This document shows, piece by piece, positions 37,001-45,704 of a stretch of DNA of 61,319 bases; position 1 is the first letter of the stretch; the number at the start of each line of letters is the position of its first letter. The notes beneath the pieces were generated by a model, which was not told the DNA's origin, ran no database searches, and saw nothing but the letters and a program-made list of their open reading frames with translations. Source of the stretch: Armatimonadia bacterium (GTDB lineage: Bacteria > Armatimonadota > Zipacnadia > Zipacnadales > UBA11051); assembly GCA_039683575.1 (NCBI GenBank), contig JBDKRC010000149.1:1-61319 (forward strand), written 5' to 3'. Position numbers and translations under genes: made by a program.

Positions 37001-38603
37001 GCGCGAGACCTTCGGCGGGCAGCTCAAGGCCAACGAGGTCGCCAGCAGCCACAATCTCTTCTACAACGATCGCAGCGACAAGAGCGCCAATCTCGACCTG
37101 CGCCGGATCAGCGAGACGGAAACGCTGGTGCTGCGCGACGGCAAGCCCTGGGGCAAGCTGGAGACCATCCGGAATCGTGAACTGGCCACTGCGGGCGCCC
37201 CCGTGGCTGGCTGGACGACCGCCGACAGCATGACTTTCATTGACGTAAGTAGCGGCATAGTCAAGGCCGTCCCGCCGGTCTCACTCGAGGTGAACCTGAA
37301 GAACGGCTCCGCCACTGTCTACACCACCGCACAGACCGATCTGACGGTGGACGGCAAGTCACAGGTCCTGCCGAAGGGCAAGAGCTCTCTGGACCTCAGC
37401 AAGTGGAGTCTCCTTGGTAAGCTGCGCAAGGAAGCCCCAAAAACCATCGCCGAGGCCGCCGTTAAGGCTCTCACCCCCAAGCCTGCCTCTGCTGCCGCGC
37501 TCACCTGCCCCACCGCCAAGCCCATCTGGTCACTGCCTGTGGCCCAGCAGGACGACCGTCCGGCCGTCATCAACCGCCTTGTGCCCGCTGACCTCAATGG
37601 GGATGGCACGGAGGAACTGCTGGTCGGGTGGGGCCGCTACGCCGTGTGTCTCGACAGCGCCGGCAAGCAGCTCTGGTCACTGGAGACCGCCGCCCGCGTC
37701 AATGACTTCGCCACCGGCGACCTCACTGGCGACGGTAAGCCCGAGGTGCTGATCGGCTCGGACGATGAGTACTTCTATATCACGGATGCCGCCGGGAAGC
37801 TCCTCAGCAAAACGAAGTGCGATGCCATCCTCCGCGTGGGCACCAGCAGCGTCCGCGACCCGCGCGTGTCCAATGTCGCTATCGGCGACCTTGAAGGCGA
37901 CGGGCAGCCTGACATCATCATCGGCAGCCGCAACGGCAACATCATGCGCTTCAATACCAAACTGGAGAAGCAGTGGGCCTTCGACCGCGTCGAACATGGC
38001 ACCTACCGCATGCGCCTGCTTGACCTCGACAGGGACGGTGTGCTGGAGATCGTCGCCCCGAACCGTTACGGCTCGGTTGAGGTCGTCAGCGCCAAGGGGC
38101 AGGCCCTGCCCGGCAGCTACTCCGAGCTCGGGGACGTCGTCTGCGATGTGGCCGATCTCGACGGCGATGGCAAGTACGAGATCGTCAACGGCTCCTCCAC
38201 CGGCGCGCTGACCTGCACCCGTTGGCGCGACAAGGCCATGTGGAACTTCGACAACTTCGGCTATGGCGTCACCCAGGTGCTCTGCGCTGACCTCGACGGC
38301 GACGGCAAGCCCGAAACCGCCGTGGCCTCGGAGACTGGGTATGTGTACCTGCTCAACGCCGACGGCACGGTCAAGTGCCAGATCCGCCTCGGTAGCCCGG
38401 TCCTCTCGCTTGCGCTCTATGGGCAGAAACTCGCCGCCGGTTGCCGCGATGGCCGGGTGTACGTCCTGGACGCCGGCCTCAAGCCCTCGTCGTCCCTGAG
38501 CACCACCGGCCCGGTAACCTGGCTAAGCACCCTCAAGCGCCAGGGCGGTACCCAGTATCTCATCACCGCTGGAGGCGAGGCGCTCATCGCGACCCAGCCC
38601 TAG
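34002..38603 (+). CDS. Large secreted protein: CBM-like + heparinase/lyase-like core + FG-GAP beta-propeller
   Basis: LLKNPSFE, WNHQ, HLHYDTN and repeated DLxGDGxxE motifs; ATG at 34002 after GGAG. Confidence 0.8.
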   Translation: MRHTLFGLIMLMAIPALGQELLKNPSFEDVTAKGLPASWQQYSGGPPESKLSIDPTARTGKNAIRLTDTGPNERDNRWAIGVQQDVPVTPGQTYLASVWAKCLATNNPNAVLLQLTFIGTDKTYSRQIVAPLGGDWRRFKIIAQAPEDAKTVRFHLYTMHFWTSDTIFDDASLTSITGEGINGVVLQVGEEPIAAARPLKLQTPIADNSQPQAVIACPADPAWKQVAMDLQTAIQRKTGATLMLHTDLKPLLNSDQTIIALGNLNNNFVIERLYFNFYTRADSLWPGKGQYALRTVHQPFNFKDINVLTLECSDLEGAKQAVADLLQRLPDGPDCALDKPLLFVSNKQPMSAEAAKNVVEAPMDIFLWQRFWQSVEAWRDSGDPAHAARAKKLYLAARDRLLKDPAYHINWPEETTASQIGAMWDVFEEAPVWTDAERLEATNVFMVTLANMRSNVYNWGTFADNDTLVWNHQTFPLLGVYWLARYYDRYYPNQTTLFADCLRQVEGAFRGAVKSWKPQCDADGYLTITPRHTIEYTLSRNDYTYFETGQVRQLAEYLTGVSDNEGTIPGFGDSGYSKGPGYELSALPIAYWYYKDPRYLWRLQQLYDGKWANPYRTDIEPKPWNEMAGLSVWQFSPEYYRWATMKSSYGEQPEPIGLGYEETYDKITFRENLDRDCQFMLLDGWGRGKHLHYDTNAIIKYHDDGQDWLIDGDYLVRNTTDHTMISVIRDGRADKLVPPAARLDAHADLDTCAFTRTTVADYNGADWSRNILWLKGLGFVLVDELKAREAGEYTFENVFKTLDLGDQSLSEGRIFTTSRATAGGAGSRDMITVTNPTPDVPKAVKFAEHTSRLEFPVTLAAGDYALTLYALAKDSGTDSLFLSIDGGENIAFHLTVGKFGPSSSTWNHETPTPNVKIAKDGTHVIRIFPREGPGVLLSRVTIHDARGKLLEDIDATNPPALDPAQKQQAPDARFFVKNDGQARCDITTRVNNVNLRLKYLRETFGGQLKANEVASSHNLFYNDRSDKSANLDLRRISETETLVLRDGKPWGKLETIRNRELATAGAPVAGWTTADSMTFIDVSSGIVKAVPPVSLEVNLKNGSATVYTTAQTDLTVDGKSQVLPKGKSSLDLSKWSLLGKLRKEAPKTIAEAAVKALTPKPASAAALTCPTAKPIWSLPVAQQDDRPAVINRLVPADLNGDGTEELLVGWGRYAVCLDSAGKQLWSLETAARVNDFATGDLTGDGKPEVLIGSDDEYFYITDAAGKLLSKTKCDAILRVGTSSVRDPRVSNVAIGDLEGDGQPDIIIGSRNGNIMRFNTKLEKQWAFDRVEHGTYRMRLLDLDRDGVLEIVAPNRYGSVEVVSAKGQALPGSYSELGDVVCDVADLDGDGKYEIVNGSSTGALTCTRWRDKAMWNFDNFGYGVTQVLCADLDGDGKPETAVASETGYVYLLNADGTVKCQIRLGSPVLSLALYGQKLAAGCRDGRVYVLDAGLKPSSSLSTTGPVTWLSTLKRQGGTQYLITAGGEALIATQP

Positions 38604-38702
38604 GCGGCGCCTGAATACGAACTTAGGAAGCAGGAATCATCAACTGCTCTGCCCAATTGACGCGGAGCATACGCCTCACACGCACTAACAGGAGACTTCT
38701 CA

Positions 38703-39353
38703 ATGGGCGATTTTCTCATCAAAGACGGCCAGACGTATCTCTTCCAGGGCGACAGCATCACTGATTGCGGCCGTCGCGACGCCGCCTGCCCCTACGGCGG
38801 GGGCTACGCTGCCTTCACCCGCGAGCTGACCACAGCTCTCTACCCCGATCGGCAGATCACCTGGATCAACAAGGGCATCGGCGGCAACACCACCAAGGAT
38901 CTCAAGGAACGCTGGGACGACGATACCATCCGCCACCAGCCAGACTGGATCTCGATCCTCGTGGGCATCAACGACAGCCACCGCTACCTGTTCAACCCCG
39001 ACCCGAACATCAAAGTCTCGGCCGAGCAGTTCCGGGAGAACTACGATTGGCTGCTCAGCCGCGTGAAGTCCGAGACTAACGCCAACATCGTGCTGCTCGA
39101 CCCCTTCTACATCAGCCTCTCGTCCTGCGATACCAACCGCAAGATCGTACTGGATCTGCTCCCCGAGTACATCCAGGTCGTCCGCGACATGGCTGCCAAG
39201 TACAACACCCTCCACGTCCCAATGCACGACATCTACCAGCGCCACCTGACGTTCCGTGATGCCGACCACTTCTGCCCCGAGCCGGTCCACCCCTCACGCG
39301 CCGGGCACCTGCTGATGGCCACCGAATTGTTGAAGACGCTCGGCGCTTTCTAA
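38703..39353 (+). CDS. SGNH/GDSL hydrolase
   Basis: FQGDSIT, NKGIGG, GIND and EPVHP blocks. Confidence 0.93.
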   Translation: MGDFLIKDGQTYLFQGDSITDCGRRDAACPYGGGYAAFTRELTTALYPDRQITWINKGIGGNTTKDLKERWDDDTIRHQPDWISILVGINDSHRYLFNPDPNIKVSAEQFRENYDWLLSRVKSETNANIVLLDPFYISLSSCDTNRKIVLDLLPEYIQVVRDMAAKYNTLHVPMHDIYQRHLTFRDADHFCPEPVHPSRAGHLLMATELLKTLGAF

Positions 39354-39372
39354 CAAAGCGGCCCGAAAAGGC

Positions 39373-39402
39373 GACGGGGACTGACCTAAGTCAGTCCCCG
39401 TC
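39373..39402. terminator. Hairpin between convergent genes
   Basis: Perfect 13-bp stem GACGGGGACTGAC/GTCAGTCCCCGTC. Confidence 0.7.
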
Positions 39403-39472
39403 ATCTCGCTCACCCTGTCATCCTGAAGAGCGACGTCTGCGACGCAGCCTCTTCGTCATGACAACCCCGGCT

Positions 39473-40069
39473 TCAGCTCTCATCGATCCCTGCCGCTACC
39501 ATGGCCGGGGTCGCATGGACGTTCTGTCCTCCGTATTTGTCAAATACCCATTGCACATCCGCCTCGGTCGCGTCACCAGACGGAAGGTCCACTGAGACGA
39601 CCGCCCCTTCTGCTTCGAGGGTCTTGGCATAGTGGTGGGCAACATCCTCCGCCACGCCCTGGTCCTTGAGGTAGCCAACCGCCCCGCCGGCAACCGCTCC
39701 AGCTGCCGTCGCTCCCAATGCCCCCCCAATCGCCATGGCAAGCGCCCCGCCGCCAGCCACCACCCCGAAGCCCGGCACCACTATTGAGGCAATCGCCGCC
39801 ACCGCCCCGATGCCCAGACCCATTGCGCCGCCCTTTTTGGCGCCTGACATCGCGTCCTCGCGTGTCGTCGTGGTCAGGCCATGCTCCGCGGAGCGCTCCT
39901 GGGCTTGCGGATCCTCGACTTCCTCTTCTTCACCAGCGAAATCGGTCTGTTTTGTAACCATGCTCAGGCTGTCTTCCTCCACGCCCTTATCCAGCAGCGC
40001 TCCGACAGCCTTCTGCGCACTCCTCACGTCCACAAAGGACGCGTAGATTGTCTGTGCCAACCCTACCAA
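39473..40069 (-). CDS. General-stress-protein-like membrane protein (Gly/Ala-rich hairpin)
   Basis: A...V..L...G.....LS N-terminus; G...G.GIG...PG.G.V.GGG; Y...L..G..VVSV pattern. Confidence 0.75.
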   Translation of the reverse strand: MVGLAQTIYASFVDVRSAQKAVGALLDKGVEEDSLSMVTKQTDFAGEEEEVEDPQAQERSAEHGLTTTTREDAMSGAKKGGAMGLGIGAVAAIASIVVPGFGVVAGGGALAMAIGGALGATAAGAVAGGAVGYLKDQGVAEDVAHHYAKTLEAEGAVVSVDLPSGDATEADVQWVFDKYGGQNVHATPAMVAAGIDES

Positions 40070-40265
40070 CCCCTTTACTCATCGTAATACTGTGATGCAA
40101 GCAAGCCTCAACCCCCGCCGCAATCCACACCATGATACAGCCTGCTACCTGATACAGGCATTAGGGCAGAAGCGGAATTTGCCGGGAGCAAATCCTGACT
40201 TTGTCCCGCCGATTCCAGACCATCAAGCAGGCCCGGGTGCACTCCTCGCGGAATAGTTGCGCCCA

Positions 40266-41357
40266 ATGAAGCCACTACTTGCAGTCATCAGCGCACTCAT
40301 CTTCACGTTTGCCGTCGTGGCGGCGGTCTTCACGGCCTCACAGGGGGAATCGGTGCGAGCCACCCACGGCTCCAGCCACTCCCGTGCCCAGCGCTACTCC
40401 CGCCCCAGACCCGCTTCCGTCGATGCCGGGTTCCTGCCGTGGAACTACGATGACCCGCGCCCAGCTTTCAATGTCGCGAACTGCTCGGTGCTCGATGGCA
40501 TCTACGACCTCCATCCCTCTAAGGACGCCGTCCTGCCCCTGGACAAACCCGCCTTCATTGAGGCCGCCGACGCCACCTGGCTTACCGATCAGTCACCTGT
40601 GCTGGGCCTGAAGATAGGCGAGGCCTCACACTGCTACCCTCTGGCCATTCTCAACTGGCACTCGCTTGTCCACGACACTCTCGCGGGCCAGGCTGTGCAT
40701 GTCTTCTTTGACCCGCCAAGCGGCCTGGCCCTCGCCCGCCGCGCCCGCGCCAAAAGCCGTCCCCTGGGTCTCTCCGGCTACGGCTACCAGGGCGTTGGCC
40801 TCACCTATGAGCGCTCCAACGCGCGTCTCTACGATTTTCTCTCGGGGACGTATCTCAATGCCAAGCCTGCCTCCCCCGATGTCTACGGCGCCGGCGACAC
40901 AGATTGGCTGCCGCTTGAGCGCATGACCTGGCGTGAGTGGCGCCGACTGCATGGCAATACCCTCGTGCTGTCACGTGAGACCGGCTTCCCCGCCAACTAC
41001 GACCTTGATCCCTACACCGCCGCCGCCCTCGGCCCCGGCGGTGCCGCCGAAGACTACTGGTCCAGCGACACGATTCTCGCCCCTGACACCCTCCGCGACC
41101 CCGCGAAGAGCCTTCGCGACAAGGAATGGGTCCTTGGCGTGATACTGGCGGGCAAGCCTCATGCCATACCCCTGAGCGCCCTGCAGGCGGACGACGAGAC
41201 GCAGTTCACCACCGCCGCGGGCAAGCTGACCATCCACTCGGACCCCGGCGCCGACCGCTACTACGCTGTCGATGCACAGGGCAACCAGCCGCCGCAGGCG
41301 CGGCTCTTCTGGTTCGCCTGGCGAGCGCACTACCCGCAGACGACCCTCCTCAAGTAG
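40266..41357 (+). CDS. DUF3179-family protein
   Basis: LDKPAF, YPLAILNWH..V.D, TW.EWRR.H..T.VLS..TG and FWFAW.A.YP.T motifs. Confidence 0.85.
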   Translation: MKPLLAVISALIFTFAVVAAVFTASQGESVRATHGSSHSRAQRYSRPRPASVDAGFLPWNYDDPRPAFNVANCSVLDGIYDLHPSKDAVLPLDKPAFIEAADATWLTDQSPVLGLKIGEASHCYPLAILNWHSLVHDTLAGQAVHVFFDPPSGLALARRARAKSRPLGLSGYGYQGVGLTYERSNARLYDFLSGTYLNAKPASPDVYGAGDTDWLPLERMTWREWRRLHGNTLVLSRETGFPANYDLDPYTAAALGPGGAAEDYWSSDTILAPDTLRDPAKSLRDKEWVLGVILAGKPHAIPLSALQADDETQFTTAAGKLTIHSDPGADRYYAVDAQGNQPPQARLFWFAWRAHYPQTTLLK

Positions 41358-41466
41358 CCGCGAATGCTTGCCAATCTCCGAGATAGGGAAAGTGTACCGT
41401 AGGTGCGAGGCTGCGGCGCCCCCGCGAAGGGGCGACACGACCGCATAGTCGGGGGAGGGCCCGGGG

Positions 41467-41757
41467 CTATCCCGAACTCAGCCGATGGAAGGCCCAGGGG
41501 AAAGTGGCCGATGGGCTGGGGGCGGGCGTGGTCTCGATGTAGGCCAGGGAGGCCGTGAAAACGGTCACCACGGCGCCATCTACAATCATGCGCAGCATGC
41601 CCTCCTTCATGGCGCGGCTGAGTTGGACTTTGAGGTCCTCAACCGCGTCCCGTCCGGCAGGAGGTTCGGGGGTGTACTCAAATACTTCCTCATGACCGTC
41701 CAGGAAGCGGAGCTTCATCGTGAAGGAACGTTGTGGATCCCGCGAATGCTGTGGCAT
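41467..41757 (-). CDS. Small hypothetical protein
   Basis: ATG at 41757 after GGAGG; globular-looking sequence. Confidence 0.6.
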   Translation of the reverse strand: MPQHSRDPQRSFTMKLRFLDGHEEVFEYTPEPPAGRDAVEDLKVQLSRAMKEGMLRMIVDGAVVTVFTASLAYIETTPAPSPSATFPWAFHRLSSG

Positions 41758-41941
41758 TCCCAGCCTCCGATAGCATGACGGACTAAGCGGCAGTTGGTAT
41801 GATTTGATGTTAGCACCGCCTCCAACACGTGTCAACACAGCCCGTAGCGGTCACTGTACTACAGCAGCCAAAGCCGCTATACTTTACTCACCAGCCGTTG
41901 TCTGACCCCTGATACCTGACACCTGAGCCCTGGAGTTAACT

Positions 41942-43315
41942 ATGCTTGCAGCCCTGGTTCTCGCCGCTGGCGAAGGCAAGCGCATGAAATCCGCCCTCGC
42001 CAAGCCCCTGCACAAAGTGTGCGGTAAGACGATGATTGACCATGTCCTCGACTACCTCCGCCCGCTCGGCACAGAGCGGATCGCGGTGGTGCTGGGCGTG
42101 GGCCGTGAGATGATGGAGCAGGCGCTCGCCTCCGCTCACGTCGATACTACCATCCAACACGAGCAACTTGGCACGGGCCACGCTGTCATGTCTGCTGCTG
42201 AGCTTTTCGCCGACTATGATGGCGACCTGCTCATCACCTGCGCTGACATACCGCTGGTGCGCCCGGACACTCTCCGCGCTCTACTCGAGGAGCACCATAC
42301 CCGTGGCGCGGCAGGGACGGTCCTCACCGCCCTCTACGACGACCCCACCGGCTACGGCCGTCTCGTCCGCGATGACAACGGCCTCGTGCAGGGCATTGTC
42401 GAGCACAAGGACGCCACGCCCGAGATCCGCGCCATCCGCGAGATCAACGCCGGGATCTATGTGTTCAACGCCCGCAAGCTCTTCGCCGCGCTCAAGCTCC
42501 TGCGCCCCGACAACGCCCAGGGCGAGTACTACCTCACGGACGTCATCGCCCGCTTCGTCGAACAAGGCGACCCGGTCGCGGCCCTGCCCGCCCCCGACCC
42601 CGCCGAGGTCATGGGCATCAATAACCGCATCCAACTGTCCCAGGCCGAGACCGTTGCCCGCAATCGCACCCGCGAAGGAGCGATGCTCGGCGGCGCTACG
42701 CTCATTGATCCCACTAGCACCTACCTTGACTCTGACGTGACCATTGGCCCGGACACGATCATCTGGCCCGGGGCAATGATTCTCGGCAACACAACCATCG
42801 GCGCGAACTGCACCATCGGCCCCAACACGCGCCTCGAAGACGCCGTGATAGGCGAGGGCTGCCAAATCCGCCACGCCAGCACGATCAGCAACTCGACGCT
42901 GCATAGCCGCGTCACCGTGGGCCCTTTCGCCTATATCCGCCCCGATTGCGAAGTCGGGGACGACAGCCGCGTGGGCGCCCATACCGAGCTCGTCCGCACC
43001 ACTCTCGGCCGCGGGGTCAAGGACTCTCACTTCAGCTATCTGGGGGACTGTGAAGTAGGGGACGGCACCAACATCGGTGCCGGAACGATCACCTGCAACT
43101 ACGACGGAGAGACCAAGCACCGCACCATCATCGGCGAAAACGCCTTCATCGGCAGCGATGCCGTGCTCGTGGCCCCGGTGACCATCGCCGCCGGTGCCTA
43201 CATCGCGGCTGGTTCCAGCATCACCAAGGACGTCCCTGAAGCTGCCCTCGGCATCGGCCGGGCGCGCCAGGAGGTCATAGAGAACTGGGCCAACCGCCGC
43301 CGCAAGCACTCCTGA
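41942..43315 (+). CDS. glmU: Bifunctional UDP-GlcNAc pyrophosphorylase/glucosamine-1-phosphate acetyltransferase
   Basis: LAAGEGKRMKS, EQLGTGHA, GYGR, NAQGEYYLTD, hexapeptide repeats and NIGAGTITCNYDG. Confidence 0.98.
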   Translation: MLAALVLAAGEGKRMKSALAKPLHKVCGKTMIDHVLDYLRPLGTERIAVVLGVGREMMEQALASAHVDTTIQHEQLGTGHAVMSAAELFADYDGDLLITCADIPLVRPDTLRALLEEHHTRGAAGTVLTALYDDPTGYGRLVRDDNGLVQGIVEHKDATPEIRAIREINAGIYVFNARKLFAALKLLRPDNAQGEYYLTDVIARFVEQGDPVAALPAPDPAEVMGINNRIQLSQAETVARNRTREGAMLGGATLIDPTSTYLDSDVTIGPDTIIWPGAMILGNTTIGANCTIGPNTRLEDAVIGEGCQIRHASTISNSTLHSRVTVGPFAYIRPDCEVGDDSRVGAHTELVRTTLGRGVKDSHFSYLGDCEVGDGTNIGAGTITCNYDGETKHRTIIGENAFIGSDAVLVAPVTIAAGAYIAAGSSITKDVPEAALGIGRARQEVIENWANRRRKHS

Positions 43316-43337
43316 AACCGCATAGCTAGTCACTGAG

Positions 43338-43368
43338 CAGGGGCGCGGGGAGTCATCCCGCGCCCCTG
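43338..43368. terminator. Hairpin between convergent genes
   Basis: 12-bp stem CAGGGGCGCGGG/CCCGCGCCCCTG. Confidence 0.7.
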
Positions 43369-43373
43369 TGTAT

Positions 43374-44423
43374 TTAGCCTTTCCGCGCCCACAACCACTG
43401 TTCCGCTATCCGCAGGTCCTCCAGCGCCTCTTCCGCCCCGCAAGCCGGCTCCTCATCCCCACGCACTGCCCGCACAAACCGCTCCGCCTGTGCCCGCATG
43501 GCATGGACCCACGGCAACACCGGGCGCACCACCTCCGGCGCCTTACCATCTCCCGGATCGCGGTAGAACTCAGCTTCTCCCGCCCTGTTGCGCGCCAGCG
43601 GAGCCGGCAGTCGCAGCCGCACATACCCCTTCTCAAACCCCACCAGCGCCTCCTCATGCCAGTCCACGGTCGTCTGATAGGGAGCCATCTCGATGCAGCC
43701 CGCCACGCCGCTCTCGCTACGTGCCACCAGCACCACCCCTGAGGGGTCCGCATGAGCCACCCGGTACGGCTCGCCGAGCAGGTGCCGCAGCAGGTTCACC
43801 TGGTGAATGTAGTAATTCACAAACACCAGGTACTCCTTGTGCTCTTCCGCAGTCATGTTCGACGGCCCCGGATCCATCACCAGCGGCGGCAGCGCCTCGT
43901 CTGACCGGACCATGTCATCAAATCCGCCCGCAATCCAGTCCCCCGGCGGCATAGTCACCCGCACATACTTCAGCTTCCCAAGCTCCCCCGTCTCCTTGAG
44001 CCGCGCGATCTCCGCCATTGCCGCTACCGTCGCCGGGTCAGAACGCTTGTGATACCCCACCATGATCCACGTCCCCGTGTCCCGCACAGCCGCCAGCACC
44101 CGCTCCCCCTGCTCCACCGACCCCGCCAGTGGCTTCTCGATGAAGATCGGCTTCCCGGCCTGCAGAAGCTCGGGCAGCAGCGTCCCATGCCGCGTGAAGG
44201 GCTGCGCGGCCACGACTGCATCCACCTCTTCGTTCGCGAAGAGTTCTTCATGGCTCCCATACACCCGCGGGACGCCATACTTGCGCGCCACCGCCTCCGC
44301 CAGCCCCGGCCGTAGTTCCGCAAGCGCCACCACCTCGCACTCGGGCAGCACCGCATAGTTGCGCAAGTGCGCACACTGCCCCATGCTCCCCACGCCAACG
44401 AAGCCGATCCGTACGTTCTGCAT
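43374..44423 (-). CDS. Gfo/Idh/MocA oxidoreductase
   Basis: RIGFVGVGSMG, IEKPLA and MVGYHKR motifs. Confidence 0.92.
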   Translation of the reverse strand: MQNVRIGFVGVGSMGQCAHLRNYAVLPECEVVALAELRPGLAEAVARKYGVPRVYGSHEELFANEEVDAVVAAQPFTRHGTLLPELLQAGKPIFIEKPLAGSVEQGERVLAAVRDTGTWIMVGYHKRSDPATVAAMAEIARLKETGELGKLKYVRVTMPPGDWIAGGFDDMVRSDEALPPLVMDPGPSNMTAEEHKEYLVFVNYYIHQVNLLRHLLGEPYRVAHADPSGVVLVARSESGVAGCIEMAPYQTTVDWHEEALVGFEKGYVRLRLPAPLARNRAGEAEFYRDPGDGKAPEVVRPVLPWVHAMRAQAERFVRAVRGDEEPACGAEEALEDLRIAEQWLWARKG

Positions 44424-44465
44424 GGTTAGCCCTCGGATCACATTATCTTGCCAAATGACTGCGTT

Positions 44466-44588
44466 CTATCCCCAGAACAACCGGACCAGAATGGACAGGG
44501 ACGGCGGCACGAACTTCGCTAGCAGGATGATAACCATCCCCGTTAGGGTAAGCACATCGCTCAGGTCACCCAGCTTGATGGTAATCAT
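44466..44588 (-). CDS. Candidate 40-aa hydrophobic small protein
   Basis: GAGGTG-N6-ATG; MITIKLGDLSDVLTLTGMVIILLAKFVPPSLSILVRLFWG*. Below the ORF-track length cutoff. Confidence 0.45.
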   Translation of the reverse strand: MITIKLGDLSDVLTLTGMVIILLAKFVPPSLSILVRLFWG

Positions 44589-44825
44589 CTGAAACACCTC
44601 TTTTTAGACCAGATTCGGAGCTTGTGTCTCTTTGGCGGCCACAGGGGTTGCCTCTTCATATATTGCCGAATGATGGCACCGCTGAGGCCCATAGTAGTGC
44701 CGACTATCTCGAATAGGGTTCTAAGCGATATTTCCATGTTACGAACCGCCGTCTATCGAAGCGTTCATGTCTATGGCCCGGTCTTCTCACCCGCTTGCAG
44801 GGCATACCAGCAATCAAAAAGCGAT

Positions 44826-45521
44826 TCAGCGGCAACTAACGCACGACTGTGTGTCCCACTTGAACGATATGTAGTGTTCCCGGTGGTTGGCGATGTGGTT
44901 TCCACCTGCACCGCTATTCCATATCAATATCGGCTCGGAGACACCCATTTTTGCAGAGTATTGCAGAACGTTACGCGTCAATTCAGCGCGTGATAAGACA
45001 TTGATAGGCTGGTACTCCACGCTCAGCACTTCCTCACCACCTTTGAGGTTCCGGATGGCGATTCTCGAAAGCTCCAATTCGCGATTGACGTGCTGCTTGA
45101 GACTATGGAGCAAGATAGGTAATTCATCACTATCCGTTTCTCCCAATTCAGCCACGATCTTCCCAAGTCGCTCTACCTGCCCGTTCATACTCTCCCAGAG
45201 CTCTGGCAAGACGCCAGAGGAACTCTTTTCGGCCAACATCACTTCCGCTTCGCTCCTGGCGTGCCAGAATTGGTCCAAGTGCCACTGATTCCACTTCTCC
45301 GCATCGATGTTCGCTAGCCATCCAGTGCGGATAGACCTATCGCGAACCGTCGAATAAACAAAGAAATACCCGCACTCATTCCTTACCGGATCGGGAAAGC
45401 ATGGCTGCTCATCGTACTGAACCTCACGTTCGCTAACTACGTTCTCGTATTTCCTGTCGGGCACCCGAATGTAATCCGCCCCTGTCGCCATTAGCATCTG
45501 GTTGAAAACATCGTTATTCAT
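44826..45521 (-). CDS. Hypothetical protein in a low-GC islet
   Basis: ATG at 45521 after AAGGGAG; codon usage unlike the neighbouring genes. Confidence 0.6.
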   Translation of the reverse strand: MNNDVFNQMLMATGADYIRVPDRKYENVVSEREVQYDEQPCFPDPVRNECGYFFVYSTVRDRSIRTGWLANIDAEKWNQWHLDQFWHARSEAEVMLAEKSSSGVLPELWESMNGQVERLGKIVAELGETDSDELPILLHSLKQHVNRELELSRIAIRNLKGGEEVLSVEYQPINVLSRAELTRNVLQYSAKMGVSEPILIWNSGAGGNHIANHREHYISFKWDTQSCVSCR

Positions 45522-45704
45522 GTCGTTGCGTCTCCCTTTCACTACAAAGGAGCATAGCACTAAAGCAGAAACTTGAGGGGAGTTTCACGTTCTTTTTTTA
45601 GGGCGCCGATCAAACCCGTGAGAAGTGTTATTTGCATCTGTGGCCAGAGGTGCCCCCGCCTCCCCCATCGAACATCCCTCCATCACGACGCGGAGGTCCC
45701 ACCG

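Noticed and set aside
40700-40720. Selenocysteine TGA in the DUF3179 gene
   Set aside because: The TGA near the motif is out of frame, and the ORF reads through as Asp.
41902-41934. CTGANNC heptamer tandem upstream of glmU
   Set aside because: Four to five degenerate copies only; no evidence of function.
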